Notes: generated by a model from the sequence alone, not told the origin. DNA of 64,000 nt from Thermoanaerobaculia bacterium (GCA_963664405.1 OY761158.1:448001-512000), one strand, 5' to 3'. Numbered from the stretch's first letter, positions 1 to 9,404 are shown. Numbers and translations: made by a program.

Positions 1-10
1 GGAGACACTG

Positions 11-925
11 ATGCCAAAGATGCTAATCGAAAAAGTCGTTATCGTGACCGGCGCGGGTCGCGGTATCGGACGGGATATCGCGCTACTCGCTGCCGCACAG
101 AACGCGCAGGTCGTGGTCAACGACCTCGGCGGTTCGGAGCGCGGAGACGGTTCGAACTCGGCACCGGCCGACGAGGTAGTCGAAGAGATCAAGCAGGCGG
201 GCGGACAAGCCGTCGCCAACTTCGACAATGTCGCCGACCCTGCGGGCGCACAGCGGATCGTCGAAGCGGCTATGGACAGCTTCGGCCAGCTCGACGGCGT
301 GGTCAACAATGCCGGAATCCTGCGCGACGTCATCTTCCACAAGATGACCGACGACGATTGGGACTCGGTGATGGCGGTGCACCTCAAAGGGAGCTTCAAT
401 GTGAGCCGCGCGGCGGCACCTCACTTCCGTAAGCAGATCGCCGGCGCCTTCGTCCACATGACCTCCACGTCAGGGCTCATCGGCAACTTCGGCCAGGCCA
501 ACTACGCTGCGGCAAAGCTGGGGATCGTCGGCCTGTCGAAATCGATCGCGCTCGACATGTCCCGTTTCGAAGTGCGCTCGAACTGCATAGCCCCCTTCGC
601 GTGGAGCCGTCTCATCGGCACTATCCCCACCGCCAATCCAGAGGACGAAGCGCGAGTGGAGAAGATCAAGCGCATGACGCCTGCCAAGATCGCTCCCCTC
701 GCCGTGTATCTTCTCTCGGACCAGGCCAACGAAGTCAGTGGACAAATCTTTGCGGTGCGTATGAATGAGATCTTCCTGATGAGCCAACCCCGACCGGTAC
801 GCTCTGTCCACCGCGCCGAGGGCTGGACGCCCGAGGCGATCGCCGAGCACGCCATACCCGCCATGCGCTCTCACTTCTATCCTCTCGAGCGTTCAGGAGA
901 CGTCTTCAGCTGGGACCCGGTCTAG
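11..925 (+). CDS. Short-chain dehydrogenase/reductase (3-hydroxyacyl-CoA dehydrogenase / MFE-2-like SDR)
   Basis: TGAGRGIG Rossmann motif, VVVNDLGG, NNAGILRD, catalytic YAAAK; 304 aa. Confidence 0.93.
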   Translation: MPKMLIEKVVIVTGAGRGIGRDIALLAAAQNAQVVVNDLGGSERGDGSNSAPADEVVEEIKQAGGQAVANFDNVADPAGAQRIVEAAMDSFGQLDGVVNNAGILRDVIFHKMTDDDWDSVMAVHLKGSFNVSRAAAPHFRKQIAGAFVHMTSTSGLIGNFGQANYAAAKLGIVGLSKSIALDMSRFEVRSNCIAPFAWSRLIGTIPTANPEDEARVEKIKRMTPAKIAPLAVYLLSDQANEVSGQIFAVRMNEIFLMSQPRPVRSVHRAEGWTPEAIAEHAIPAMRSHFYPLERSGDVFSWDPV

Positions 926-1668
926 GAAGGCACAGCGAGAAAGTCGAGGTTGAGCGAAGGTTTCTGAAGCTTTGAGCATCCCCTATACCAAGAGCCCTCC
1001 GCGGAAGACCGCTGGGCAAGTCGAATCAACGGAACTGGAGGTAGGGGATGAAGAACAGAACGTTTCGTACCGCGCTCGGTTGTCTGTCGGTCTGCGCTTT
1101 GCTGGCCTCGGCCGCAGCTCCCGCTCACGCCGGGCCCGGAGAGCGCCGGCTCGATCTCGAGCAGGGCCTCAAATCAGAATCGCTCACGCCGGTACCGCAG
1201 GCCGAAGAGGCGGGTGGTGAGAACAGCGAACCGAGCAAGGCCCTCCGAGTCGAGGAGTTTCGCCTCCATGAGGCCGCCGAGGCCTATTCGCGCTCAGAGG
1301 CGGGGGTGGTGTTGATGGCTGCGAGAAAGCGCATCCCGTTGGCTGCGAGCGCAGTTTCCGGGATGGAGTGAGCTGAGGGCTTCGCGACCGCGGGAAAGCT
1401 AGGCCTTCTTCAGGAAGGGCGGCATCATCCCGCCGGAACGGCGGTCCGGGTGCGTGGTCCCGGCGGCGTGTTTGCGGTCGGAAGAGATGCGTGAGTCGGT
1501 GTAGGGCTTTGCAGTGCGGGCTCTGCTCTGATAGAGCAGGCCGACCAGAGACGGCGAGAGCCCGGGAAAGCGAAGTAGAAAACGCCCCGGGCTCTGCCCC
1601 AAACCGCAGCATTAGCTGCGCTTGCAGTATGGCAGAGAGTCGGGGTCGTCGTCGAATGGGAGGCGACG

Positions 1669-2064
1669 ATGCGACCGGACTACCGACTCTTCGACTGTGC
1701 TCGATGCCGTCGGCGTATCTCGCTGTGCTCGCACTGTGACCGTGGCCAGCGTTACTGCCGGGCTTGTGCTCTGGTGGCTCGTCGGGAATCGACTCGGGCG
1801 GCCGGCCATCGGTACCAGCGAAGCCTCCGAGGTCGGCATTGTCATGCCGCCCGTCAGGCCCGCTACCGTCGGCGCCAGCGCGAGCGGGCAGAGAAAGTGA
1901 CGCATCAGGGTACCCCAGGCGGTACTTCGGGGAGGACACTGTGTCGGATCGAGACTCCGAGGCGCGAAGTGCGCTACGACCCGAGGAATCCGCGATGCAT
2001 GCAGTGTGGAGAGGCCTGCCGAGAGTTTGTGCGAACGAGCTTTCGTCGTTGCCGACGGAGATAG
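1669..2064 (+). CDS. Cys-rich, basic putative Zn-finger accessory protein of IS21 element 1
   Basis: CARC-x6-CSHC-DRGQRY-CRAC, Arg-rich helix, KVTHQG, C-terminal CMQC-x3-C. GGAGG RBS before ATG 1669. Clear homologue at the same position in element 2. Confidence 0.8.
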   Translation: MRPDYRLFDCARCRRRISLCSHCDRGQRYCRACALVARRESTRAAGHRYQRSLRGRHCHAARQARYRRRQRERAEKVTHQGTPGGTSGRTLCRIETPRREVRYDPRNPRCMQCGEACREFVRTSFRRCRRR

Positions 2065-2068
2065 GGGC

Positions 2069-3577
2069 GTGATCGACGCACAGCTGCGCGGGGAGATCCG
2101 TCGTCTGTTCCTGGTCGAGAAGTGGAAAGTCGGCACGATCGCTCGACAGCTACAGCTGCACCCCTCAACCGTGCGCCGGGCGCTGGAGAAGTCCGGCGTG
2201 CTACCCCAGCAGCGACGAGGGAGGATGATCGATCCTTACCTGCCGTTCATCGAGCAGGTGCTCGGGACCTACCCACGACTGCCGGCGAGCCGTCTCTACA
2301 CCATGGTGGTGGAGCGCGGCTATCCAGGAGGCCCGGATCAGTTTCGCCACCTGGTGGCCTCGATGCGACCGAAGCCCCAGCGCGAGGCGTTTCTCTCGCT
2401 GCGCATGCTGCCAGGAGAGCAGGCGCAGGTCGACTGGGGCCACTTCGGTCGGCTCCGCGTCGGCCGGGCACATCGTCGGCTCTATGCCTTCGTCTTCGTG
2501 CTGTCGTTCTCGCGCACGGTCTTCGTGCACTTCACCCTCGACACTCGTCTCGAAACCTTCTTGCACGCTCACCAGCTGGCCTTCCACTACGTCGACGGCG
2601 TCGTCAGGACCGTTCTGTACGACAACCTGCGAACCGCGGTGATCGAGCGGCAGGGAACCGCGGTGCGCTTCCATCCCGTGCTGCTCGATTTCGCCAGCCA
2701 CTACGGCTTCCTTCCCACCGTCGCCGCGGTGGCTCGGGGAAATGAGAAAGGCCGCGTCGAGCGCGCAATCCGCTTCCTGCGAAGCTCGTTCTTCGGCGCC
2801 CGAACGGTGAGCGATTTGGATCGTCTGAATCGGCAGGTCCTGGAATGGTGCCAGAGGTCGCAGCGCAGACCCTGGCCGCAGGACCGACAGCGAACCGTGA
2901 AAAGCGCCCTGGCCCAGGAACGACCTCGACTGCTTGAGCTTCCCGGAGACGACTTCGAAACCGACCTGCGACTGGAGATCAAGGTCAGAAAGACGCCGAT
3001 CGTGCGCTTCGACCTCAACGACTACTCGGTGCCGCACAGTCATGTGCAGAGGACCGTCACGCTCCTCGCCAGCGAGCATCGGGTGCGGATCCTCGATGGC
3101 CAGGAGCTCCTCGCCGAGCACCCTCGCTCGTACTCCCGGGGCGAGCAGATCCTCGATCCTCAACACCTCGAGGAGCTCCTCGCTCACAAACGCAGGGCCC
3201 GACGACACCGGGGCTTCCATCGGCTGTTTTCCGCTGTGCCTCGATGCGAAGAGCTGATGCAGCAGCTCGCCGAGCGAGGCGAGAACCTCGGAACGCAGAC
3301 CGCCGGCCTGCTCCGACTCCTGCGCCAGTACGGCCCCCAGCGACTCGACAAAGCCGTGCGCGAAGCGCTCCTGAACCACGCACCGCGATTCCAGTCCGTC
3401 CGGCTCCTACTCGAACGGCACCAGCGCGGCCTCGGTCAGCCCCCGGCTTTACCGGTGCCGCTCAGCCAGGAGCTCCAACAGCGAGATCTCTCCGTGAGAC
3501 CGCACAACCTCGAGGACTACGACCAACTTGGAGGCAACGACGATGGCCCGACCCAGGAAGAGTCCAACGATCCCTGA
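2069..3577 (+). CDS. istA: IS21-family DDE transposase IstA
   Basis: N-terminal HTH (IARQLQLHPSTVRR), QAQVDWG, LYDNL, KGRVER DDE motifs, C-terminal FDLNDYSVP. GTG 2069 chosen as start. Confidence 0.95.
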   Translation: MIDAQLRGEIRRLFLVEKWKVGTIARQLQLHPSTVRRALEKSGVLPQQRRGRMIDPYLPFIEQVLGTYPRLPASRLYTMVVERGYPGGPDQFRHLVASMRPKPQREAFLSLRMLPGEQAQVDWGHFGRLRVGRAHRRLYAFVFVLSFSRTVFVHFTLDTRLETFLHAHQLAFHYVDGVVRTVLYDNLRTAVIERQGTAVRFHPVLLDFASHYGFLPTVAAVARGNEKGRVERAIRFLRSSFFGARTVSDLDRLNRQVLEWCQRSQRRPWPQDRQRTVKSALAQERPRLLELPGDDFETDLRLEIKVRKTPIVRFDLNDYSVPHSHVQRTVTLLASEHRVRILDGQELLAEHPRSYSRGEQILDPQHLEELLAHKRRARRHRGFHRLFSAVPRCEELMQQLAERGENLGTQTAGLLRLLRQYGPQRLDKAVREALLNHAPRFQSVRLLLERHQRGLGQPPALPVPLSQELQQRDLSVRPHNLEDYDQLGGNDDGPTQEESNDP

Positions 3578-4337
3578 CGAACCACTACGAGAGCTCGCCC
3601 GATCCCTCGGCTTCTACGCCCTCGTCGACGACTGGGGCACCTACCGAGAACAGCCCTGGCTCGAACAGCTGCTGCGCAAAGAAGAGGCCGAGCGCAAACG
3701 GCGCAGCCTCGAACGGCGCATCCGCACCAGCCGCGTCGGGCTCTTCAAGAGCATCGCCGACTTCGACTTCTCCTGGCCCCAGCGCATCGACCGCGAGCAG
3801 ATCCAGGATCTGCTCACCCTCCAATTCCTCGACGACATCACCAACGTCATCCTCCTCGGACCCAACGGTGTCGGCAAGACCATGATTGCCAAGAACCTCC
3901 TCTACCAGGCGCTGCAACGAGGGGCCACCGCCAGCTTCGTCACCGCCTCCGACATGCTCAACGATCTCGCCGTCCAGGAAACCCCCTCGGCGCTCCAGAG
4001 AAGGCTCTCCAAATACACCCGACCCTCGCTTTTGGCAATCGATGAGCTCGGCTATCTCTCCTACGACCACCGCCACGCGGATCTCCTCTTCGAGGTCGTC
4101 TCCAGGAGATACGGCAACAAGCCCATTCTTCTCACCACCAACAAGCCCTTCGCCGAATGGGCCGAGGTCTTTCCCAACGCCTCCTGCGTCGTCACTCTCG
4201 TCGATCGACTCACCCACCACGCCGAGATCGTCAAGATCGAGGCTAACTCCTATCGCCGCAAGGAGGCCAAGGAGGCTGCTGAAAAAAAGGCCAAGGACCG
4301 CGCCAAAAGGCGGAGCGCAGCACGACGACGCTCATGA
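3543..4337 (+). CDS. istB: IS21 AAA+ helper ATPase IstB
   Basis: Walker A GPNGVGKT, Walker B LLAIDELGY, TTNK, DRLTHH; overlaps the end of istA. Confidence 0.95.
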   Translation: MARPRKSPTIPDEPLRELARSLGFYALVDDWGTYREQPWLEQLLRKEEAERKRRSLERRIRTSRVGLFKSIADFDFSWPQRIDREQIQDLLTLQFLDDITNVILLGPNGVGKTMIAKNLLYQALQRGATASFVTASDMLNDLAVQETPSALQRRLSKYTRPSLLAIDELGYLSYDHRHADLLFEVVSRRYGNKPILLTTNKPFAEWAEVFPNASCVVTLVDRLTHHAEIVKIEANSYRRKEAKEAAEKKAKDRAKRRSAARRRS

Positions 4338-4675
4338 CCCGAAGCCACTATCGGCGCCAGCTCCTCCGCCTCTATCGACTCCTTCCCGACACCCCGCACC
4401 GCTTCCACCACGGCGACCGCGTCATCGTCGACCAGCTCTTCGACCAAGACCTGCCTCTCACCGTCCTCCAGGCCGCCCTCCTCCTCGGCTCCGCCCGACG
4501 CGCATGCCGAGATCCGCGCCTACCAAAGCTCCAGCCCATCCGATCCCTCGCCTACTTTCTCCCCATCCTCCGAGAACTCCCCACGACGCCACCCCCCGAA
4601 GGGGTACCTCGACTATCTGCGCCACACCCTGAGTCACGCCTCGCGGGGACAAAAAACCGACTCGCAGCCAACTAA
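4334..4675 (+). CDS. Small accessory protein downstream of istB (DnaD-like motif; probable frameshift near 4601)
   Basis: ATGA overlap with the istB stop. Y-x5-LY..PDTP..D..IRSLAY pattern is shared with the equivalent ORF in element 2. Confidence 0.75.
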   Translation: MTRSHYRRQLLRLYRLLPDTPHRFHHGDRVIVDQLFDQDLPLTVLQAALLLGSARRACRDPRLPKLQPIRSLAYFLPILRELPTTPPPEGVPRLSAPHPESRLAGTKNRLAAN

Positions 4676-4850
4676 GTGCGCTTTCTCGTAGCCGGTAACA
4701 GGTGGCAGCCGCCGCGGCCGCCGAGGCCACTCCAAGGCGCCACGGCTTCGGACGGTGGCTCAAGAAGCACTGGTACGTTCCTGTGCTGGTAGGCGCCGCC
4801 ATCGGCTTTGCCGTCTCCGATGACAGCGACGATCCGAACGAGATAGACGA

Positions 4851-5016
4851 CTAGACCAGCGTTTTCAAAGTTCGGGTTGCATAGCTCGAGCTCATTCTGT
4901 TCGCTGGCAAGGCGCGCCGACGCAGGCATATTGGGCAATATGTCGAGGAGGCGCAACGCCGGCAGCGGGCAGAAGGGGCCGAGATATGTACGCGAACTTT
5001 GGAAACGCTGGTCTAG
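4851..5016. repeat. CTAG-bounded 166-bp palindromic element, family A copy 1
   Basis: Arms CTAGACCAGCGTTTTCAAAGTTCG / CGAACTTTGGAAACGCTGGTCTAG. Core is shared with the copies at 25775, 33085 and 45174. Confidence 0.92.
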
Positions 5017-5178
5017 ATCGGCCAGTTGATCGACGGCATTCCCCGCTCCGGCTCTCCCGTACCGGAGCGGGGGCTTCTTTGCCTGCGACGAGCTCCCCAG
5101 GATGAGCGGAATTCCTTCTCCTGCCCAGGCGGTTGGACAGAGCATGAGCCGGGAACGGCTCAAACAGGAGGGCCTGAA

Positions 5179-6291
5179 ATGACCGCAGTCAAAGTGAGTA
5201 AGCAGCCCACGTCCTCTCACCGCGCCCCGCTCAGTTACTCGACCGTTGCCACACTCATCATCGCCGCAGCAATAGCTGTTATCGCCTGCCGGCCCGCTCC
5301 CCCCCAGCAGCTCGAGAGCTCGAGCGGCAACGGACTCGACATAGAGAAGGTGAGACTTGAGGCTCAGCAAGCCCAAGCTGCAGCCGACCAGGAACGTGAT
5401 CGCGAGGCCTTGGCACGGCAAGCTCTCGCGGAGCGCGAACAGCGGCTCGCCGAGGAAGAACGCGCCCTCCAGACCGAAAAGCAGCAGCTTCTCGAGCGCC
5501 AGGCAATCGCCAAACAAGAAGAGGAGCTCGCTGCGCGCGAGGCCACGGTTCGGGAGCGCGAGCTGCGTCTCGAACGTGAGCAACGGCAGGCGGCCGTCGA
5601 AGCCGAACGGATCAGGCTGGAGGAGGAGCGCAGGATCGAGCTCGAGGCCTCGGAGGCGGCTGATCTGGAGGCGGAGCGTCGAGAGCAGCTAGCCGGCGAG
5701 AGCGCTACCATGTTTTCATCTGAAGCGCAGGATCCTCCCGAGCCGATCAACGTCGAAGTGACTCTCGACGTCGGCAGCGTGCTCGAGGTCGAGGTTCAAG
5801 AAACGCTGTCGAGCGCCTACGCCCGCGTCGGAGATACCTTCTCCACCCGCGCGGCCAGAGACCTCTACAACGAAGATGGCGTCCTGGCTATCCCAGCCGG
5901 CACCGCCATCCTCGGACAGGTCACCGAAGCCAGGCCACTGCGGCGGGTGGGGGGTCAAGCGGCGCTCGGATTCGAGCTCACCCACGTAATCTTGGCCAAT
6001 GGCGATCAAGTCGCGATCCGCGCGTCCTTCGTCGAGTTGGGCGACAACAACAAGAAGGACAAGAAAAAGATCGCGATCGCCGCCGCCGCGGGTGCCGTGC
6101 TCGGCGGCATCCTGGGACACGACGCAGGTGGCGCCGCGGTAGGCGCCGCGGCCGGTGCCGCAGTCGGGACCACAGTCGTCGCGACCTCAAAAAGCGAGGA
6201 TGTCGAAATCTCCCAGGGGCAGATCCTTGCCATTCGCCTGGAAGAAGTGGTGACAGTGACCACTCAGACCGGCGGTTTGGCCCCGCGCTGA
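5179..6291 (+). CDS. Membrane-anchored/lipoprotein with coiled coil, VirB10/TrbI-like beta domain and glycine zipper
   Basis: AGGAG RBS before ATG 5179; hydrophobic segment ending IAC; E/R/Q-rich coil; LSS..ARVGDTF, IPAGTAILGQV; GAVLGGILG..GAAVGAAAGAAVG. Confidence 0.75.
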   Translation: MTAVKVSKQPTSSHRAPLSYSTVATLIIAAAIAVIACRPAPPQQLESSSGNGLDIEKVRLEAQQAQAAADQERDREALARQALAEREQRLAEEERALQTEKQQLLERQAIAKQEEELAAREATVRERELRLEREQRQAAVEAERIRLEEERRIELEASEAADLEAERREQLAGESATMFSSEAQDPPEPINVEVTLDVGSVLEVEVQETLSSAYARVGDTFSTRAARDLYNEDGVLAIPAGTAILGQVTEARPLRRVGGQAALGFELTHVILANGDQVAIRASFVELGDNNKKDKKKIAIAAAAGAVLGGILGHDAGGAAVGAAAGAAVGTTVVATSKSEDVEISQGQILAIRLEEVVTVTTQTGGLAPR

Positions 6292-6313
6292 GGTGGCGTG
6301 CCCTCGGCCGGCC

Positions 6314-6790
6314 CTACGACATCAGGCCGATCAGTCTCGCCCAGATCGCCACGCCGCCCCAGATAGCCATCGAAAGCACCGCCACTGCCTTGGGCAAGAT
6401 GCTTCCATGCCTGCCTTTCTCGGCAAGCGCGACCCGACGGCGAATCGTAAAGGTGAAGACCACTCCCGCGGCCATCAACTGCATCTTCCACCAGAAAAAG
6501 GGGCTGTAGTACTGCTTGAGGGCGAGCGACATCATCATCGGGATGCCGGTCGCGAGCAGAACGAGAAAGCCCCCGATCATCCATTTCTCTGCTTCGCGGG
6601 CCAGCTCCGCCAGGGGGCGGCTGGTCAGCCCGCGGCCGAGCATTCGAACGTCGACGATCAGAATGGCGCCGGTGAAGATAACTATAGCCACCAGATGGAT
6701 GCACTGAACAATCGGCGACGCCCAGGTCCTCTCCAAAAAGAAACTGCTGATCCCGAGGTCCTGCATCCACTCGAAGAACGGTAGCAACAT
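6314..6790 (-). CDS. Four-TM membrane protein (DUF6644-like)
   Basis: P.VQCIHL, DVRMLG, TG..M, FWWKM and SMAIW..GRLI-type motifs; paralogue of the adjacent gene. Confidence 0.75.
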   Translation of the reverse strand: MLLPFFEWMQDLGISSFFLERTWASPIVQCIHLVAIVIFTGAILIVDVRMLGRGLTSRPLAELAREAEKWMIGGFLVLLATGIPMMMSLALKQYYSPFFWWKMQLMAAGVVFTFTIRRRVALAEKGRHGSILPKAVAVLSMAIWGGVAIWARLIGLMS

Positions 6791-6803
6791 TACGCTCGCT
6801 CCC

Positions 6804-7334
6804 CTATCCGCCCAGATTAAGGTCTTTCCACCATTGTGGAACGAGCCCGCTGTAAGCCATTAGCCGCCCGGTCACCACGACTCCAGCCCACAACACCAGG
6901 GAGAAGACTCCAGCCAGCTGCGCGCCGAGGGGCGGTTTAGCGGAAGTGTCCCAGGAGGCAACCGAGCGTTCAGTCGTGTAATGGAAGACCATCATATTGA
7001 TTCCGGCAAGAACGATCATGCTGCTCTTGAGCCAGAAGTAAAAATTCGTGTAATAGACCATCGGCTTGCTGTACAGCAGCAGGCCGCCGGTGATTAAGCT
7101 GATCGCGAAGCCGGTGAGCGCCCAGGGAAAGAGACCCTTCGGAATGTCAGAGACCGAAACGCGCTTCAGCGCCAGACCTACCAGTCGCAGATCCCAATAG
7201 GCGATCAGACCCGCAAACAGGCACATGCTGACCACATGAGCGGTCAGCAGCATGGGATAGGCATTGAGCGACTCCCGCAGCGCTATGCTCGAGGGAAGGG
7301 TATCCGCCCACTCGAACAACGGCCGCAGACTCAA
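6804..7334 (-). CDS. Four-TM membrane protein (DUF6644-like)
   Basis: LRES..YP..LTAHV, DLRLVG, ITGGLL, FWLK, SLVLWAGVVVTGRLMAY; probable TTG start at 7334. Confidence 0.75.
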   Translation of the reverse strand: MSLRPLFEWADTLPSSIALRESLNAYPMLLTAHVVSMCLFAGLIAYWDLRLVGLALKRVSVSDIPKGLFPWALTGFAISLITGGLLLYSKPMVYYTNFYFWLKSSMIVLAGINMMVFHYTTERSVASWDTSAKPPLGAQLAGVFSLVLWAGVVVTGRLMAYSGLVPQWWKDLNLGG

Positions 7335-7375
7335 ACCTTCATGCTCCAGGGAGTGATCAAGAACAGGCCCTAGCC

Positions 7376-7891
7376 TTACTGCGTGCAGCGATCCTGGTAT
7401 CGCCGATACTTGGTGTGGCAGTCCTCGCACGCCCCAGCCACCTGATTCGTCAAATCGCTGACGGTGTCCCGATCCTTCTTGCGCGCCGCTGCCAACACTT
7501 CCTTACCGGTGTCGGTGAGCTGTCGCGCCCACTGCTGGTAGTCCTCCTGAGCGGTCGGCACTGGTTTGCCGTTCTCACACAGACGTCCCTCGAGCATGAT
7601 CAACGACTCCACCTCGGCGAGAACGATCGCCGCCTGCTCGACCAATTGCCATCCCTTGTAGATGCCAGAAAAGGTCGAGGAGACGGAGTCACCTTCCTTC
7701 TTCTCTCCGATAGCTTCGGGGTCGTTGACTTGAACGTCGAAAAGGATATTGGAGTTCGGGAACAGAATTGCCCGCATGAACTCTGCCAGATTACCGACCG
7801 GCTGGGCGGTGCCGACGGCCGGCTCCTGTGCGCTGACTGAGGCGCTGGCGATCAGCAGCAGCAAGACGACGAACGTTTTCAGGCTACGCAT
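7376..7891 (-). CDS. Exported class II (c'-like) cytochrome c
   Basis: Signal peptide, helical composition, single C-terminal CEDCH heme motif. Confidence 0.8.
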   Translation of the reverse strand: MRSLKTFVVLLLLIASASVSAQEPAVGTAQPVGNLAEFMRAILFPNSNILFDVQVNDPEAIGEKKEGDSVSSTFSGIYKGWQLVEQAAIVLAEVESLIMLEGRLCENGKPVPTAQEDYQQWARQLTDTGKEVLAAARKKDRDTVSDLTNQVAGACEDCHTKYRRYQDRCTQ

Positions 7892-7999
7892 ACTTTACCT
7901 CCGCGGAAAACGGGCACAGCACTCTGCATCCGAAGGCACCACTACGGGAAAGAAAGTCTCCGGGAAGGGGCTGAACCTCCTCCTGTGGGAAGGTTTCTT

Positions 8000-8434
8000 C
8001 TACCTCTCTGTCTTATCGCGACCGTCTCGCGGCGCGCCTGTACCCGAAGAGCCCATGAAGAGCTTCCTTCCGTCCGGGAAAGTCACATCGCGCCCGTTGG
8101 CGCGGTTCGAGCGGTCCTTGCTCTGATAACCGTCAACGACAATCACCGTTCCCGGTAGGAGAGAGTTTCTGTCGATGCCCCGTCGCAGCAAGGTGTTGGG
8201 AGTGCCCCCTTCGACCATCCATGACTCGACGGTTCCATCTTCATTGGTCACGTCGAGATGAATCCAAGCGTGAGGGTTGACCCACTCCACCTTGGTGACA
8301 GGGCCCTTGAGAATCAGAGGCCGATTGGGGTCGAACTCGGCACCGAAGGCGTGATGCGCCACGACCGGTACAGCGGCGGCAAGCAGGAAGCCAAATGCGA
8401 CCAGGATGACGGCTCTTTTTGTGTTTCTTTGCAT
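8000..8434 (-). CDS. Exported DUF6152-like OB-fold protein
   Basis: Signal peptide followed by AHHAFGAEFD, G.VTKVEWVNPH.W, W.VEGG.P..L.R.G. Confidence 0.8.
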   Translation of the reverse strand: MQRNTKRAVILVAFGFLLAAAVPVVAHHAFGAEFDPNRPLILKGPVTKVEWVNPHAWIHLDVTNEDGTVESWMVEGGTPNTLLRRGIDRNSLLPGTVIVVDGYQSKDRSNRANGRDVTFPDGRKLFMGSSGTGAPRDGRDKTER

Positions 8435-8549
8435 TGAATTGTCCCTCTTGTCGTTGTGCCAGGACTTAACGTCCGATTTGCACCTAATCACGGCATCCAA
8501 TTTCCAATAGCCTAACATCTAAACGGCGGTATCCCTATGTGAGTACAGG

Positions 8550-9404
8550 TTACTCGACCTTGCAGCGAGGGAGTGGATTCCTTCGCCATTCGCCGTACAT
8601 CAGCTCTTCAACGAACTCCACACACTTGAAATCCAAAAGTTGTGCATTCTTCTCCATACGCCGATAGAGAGGCATGCTGATCTTCCACGGCCTTGTATAG
8701 ACCATCGGGTCTGTGAGGGTCGCTTCATACTGAAGATGATTGGGGCCCATCAAGGTATAGCGCTCTTCTACAACCAGCTTGTCACTGTGATGGTTACCCG
8801 AGCGGTCGAACCAGGTCGAGTCGTACTGGGAAGTGACCTCTACAACTAGAGTGTCTCCCTCCCAACGCCCGTGGGATTGCCCCATCCACGAATCGACCGG
8901 TGCCGGCCCCGGGTCCTTCATGTAAATGTCGCGAACCGCACCGGCGTAGGTGTAAGCGATGAAGGTGGAGTTCTCGCTCTGAAAGAGCTGGAAGGGATAA
9001 GGCATATAGGTCGCACGCGGAACGCCAGGCAGGAAGCACTTGATCTCAGGATCTCGATCCAGGTAGTTCTCCTGGTTCTCCATCTTCAGCTTCAGCGCCT
9101 CCGGCGTGTACGGGATCTTGCCCCCCTCTACCACTCCGAGGCCACCCGGAACCGATCCGACCGCGCCCAATGAGAGTATTTCCGCTGCAGGAATCGGTAC
9201 CACCGGCCCCTCTCTGAGCGCCAACGCTGGGCGCGCCATATGGATCTCGAGGTCATAGTTCGCCTCGTTCAGTGCCTGCCAAATCCCGTTGAGATCGGGG
9301 TGTCCATTAGCCAGGCGCGGGGGCTCGAAATCCGAACCCTGTGCGTACATCGGAACTGCCGCGAATGCGAGGGCGGCAAGCGCCGCCGTCAGGAATACCC
9401 TCAT
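8550..9404 (-). CDS. Exported hypothetical protein (PDLNGIW / GRWEGDTLVV family)
   Basis: Signal peptide; GHPDLNGIW, DP.IKC.LPGVPR, MGQSHGRWEGDTLVV, DP.VYTRPW. Confidence 0.8.
   Translation of the reverse strand: MRVFLTAALAALAFAAVPMYAQGSDFEPPRLANGHPDLNGIWQALNEANYDLEIHMARPALALREGPVVPIPAAEILSLGAVGSVPGGLGVVEGGKIPYTPEALKLKMENQENYLDRDPEIKCFLPGVPRATYMPYPFQLFQSENSTFIAYTYAGAVRDIYMKDPGPAPVDSWMGQSHGRWEGDTLVVEVTSQYDSTWFDRSGNHHSDKLVVEERYTLMGPNHLQYEATLTDPMVYTRPWKISMPLYRRMEKNAQLLDFKCVEFVEELMYGEWRRNPLPRCKVE

Larger units (their letters stand above)
1310..4700 (+). mobile_element. IS21-family element 1 (four ORFs, 3391 bp)
   Basis: IRL 1310-1349 TGTTGATGGCTGCGAGAAAGCGCATCCCGTTGGCTGCGAG matches the reverse complement of IRR 4661-4700, TGTTACCGGCTACGAGAAAGCGCACTTAGTTGGCTGCGAG. 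5-bp duplication GGTGG at 1305-1309 and 4701-4705. istA and istB lie inside. Confidence 0.95.
1048..4854 (+). pseudogene. Small exported/membrane protein (about 136 aa) split by IS21 element 1
   Basis: Signal-peptide-like N-terminus from ATG 1048. Removing 1310-4705 restores the frame: ...SEAGV|AAAAAAEATPRRHGFGRWLKKHWYVPVLVGAAIGFAVSDDSDDPNEIDD, stop TAG 4852-4854. Confidence 0.85.

Noticed and set aside
1469-1520. TGTTTGCGG... as left end of IS21 element 1
   Set aside because: Weak match to IRR and no target duplication. Position 1310 gives a 40-bp match, a GGTGG duplication and restores the host ORF.
5340-5700. Repetitive E/R/Q-rich coding stretch
   Set aside because: Ordinary coiled coil; no exact nucleotide tandem repeat.
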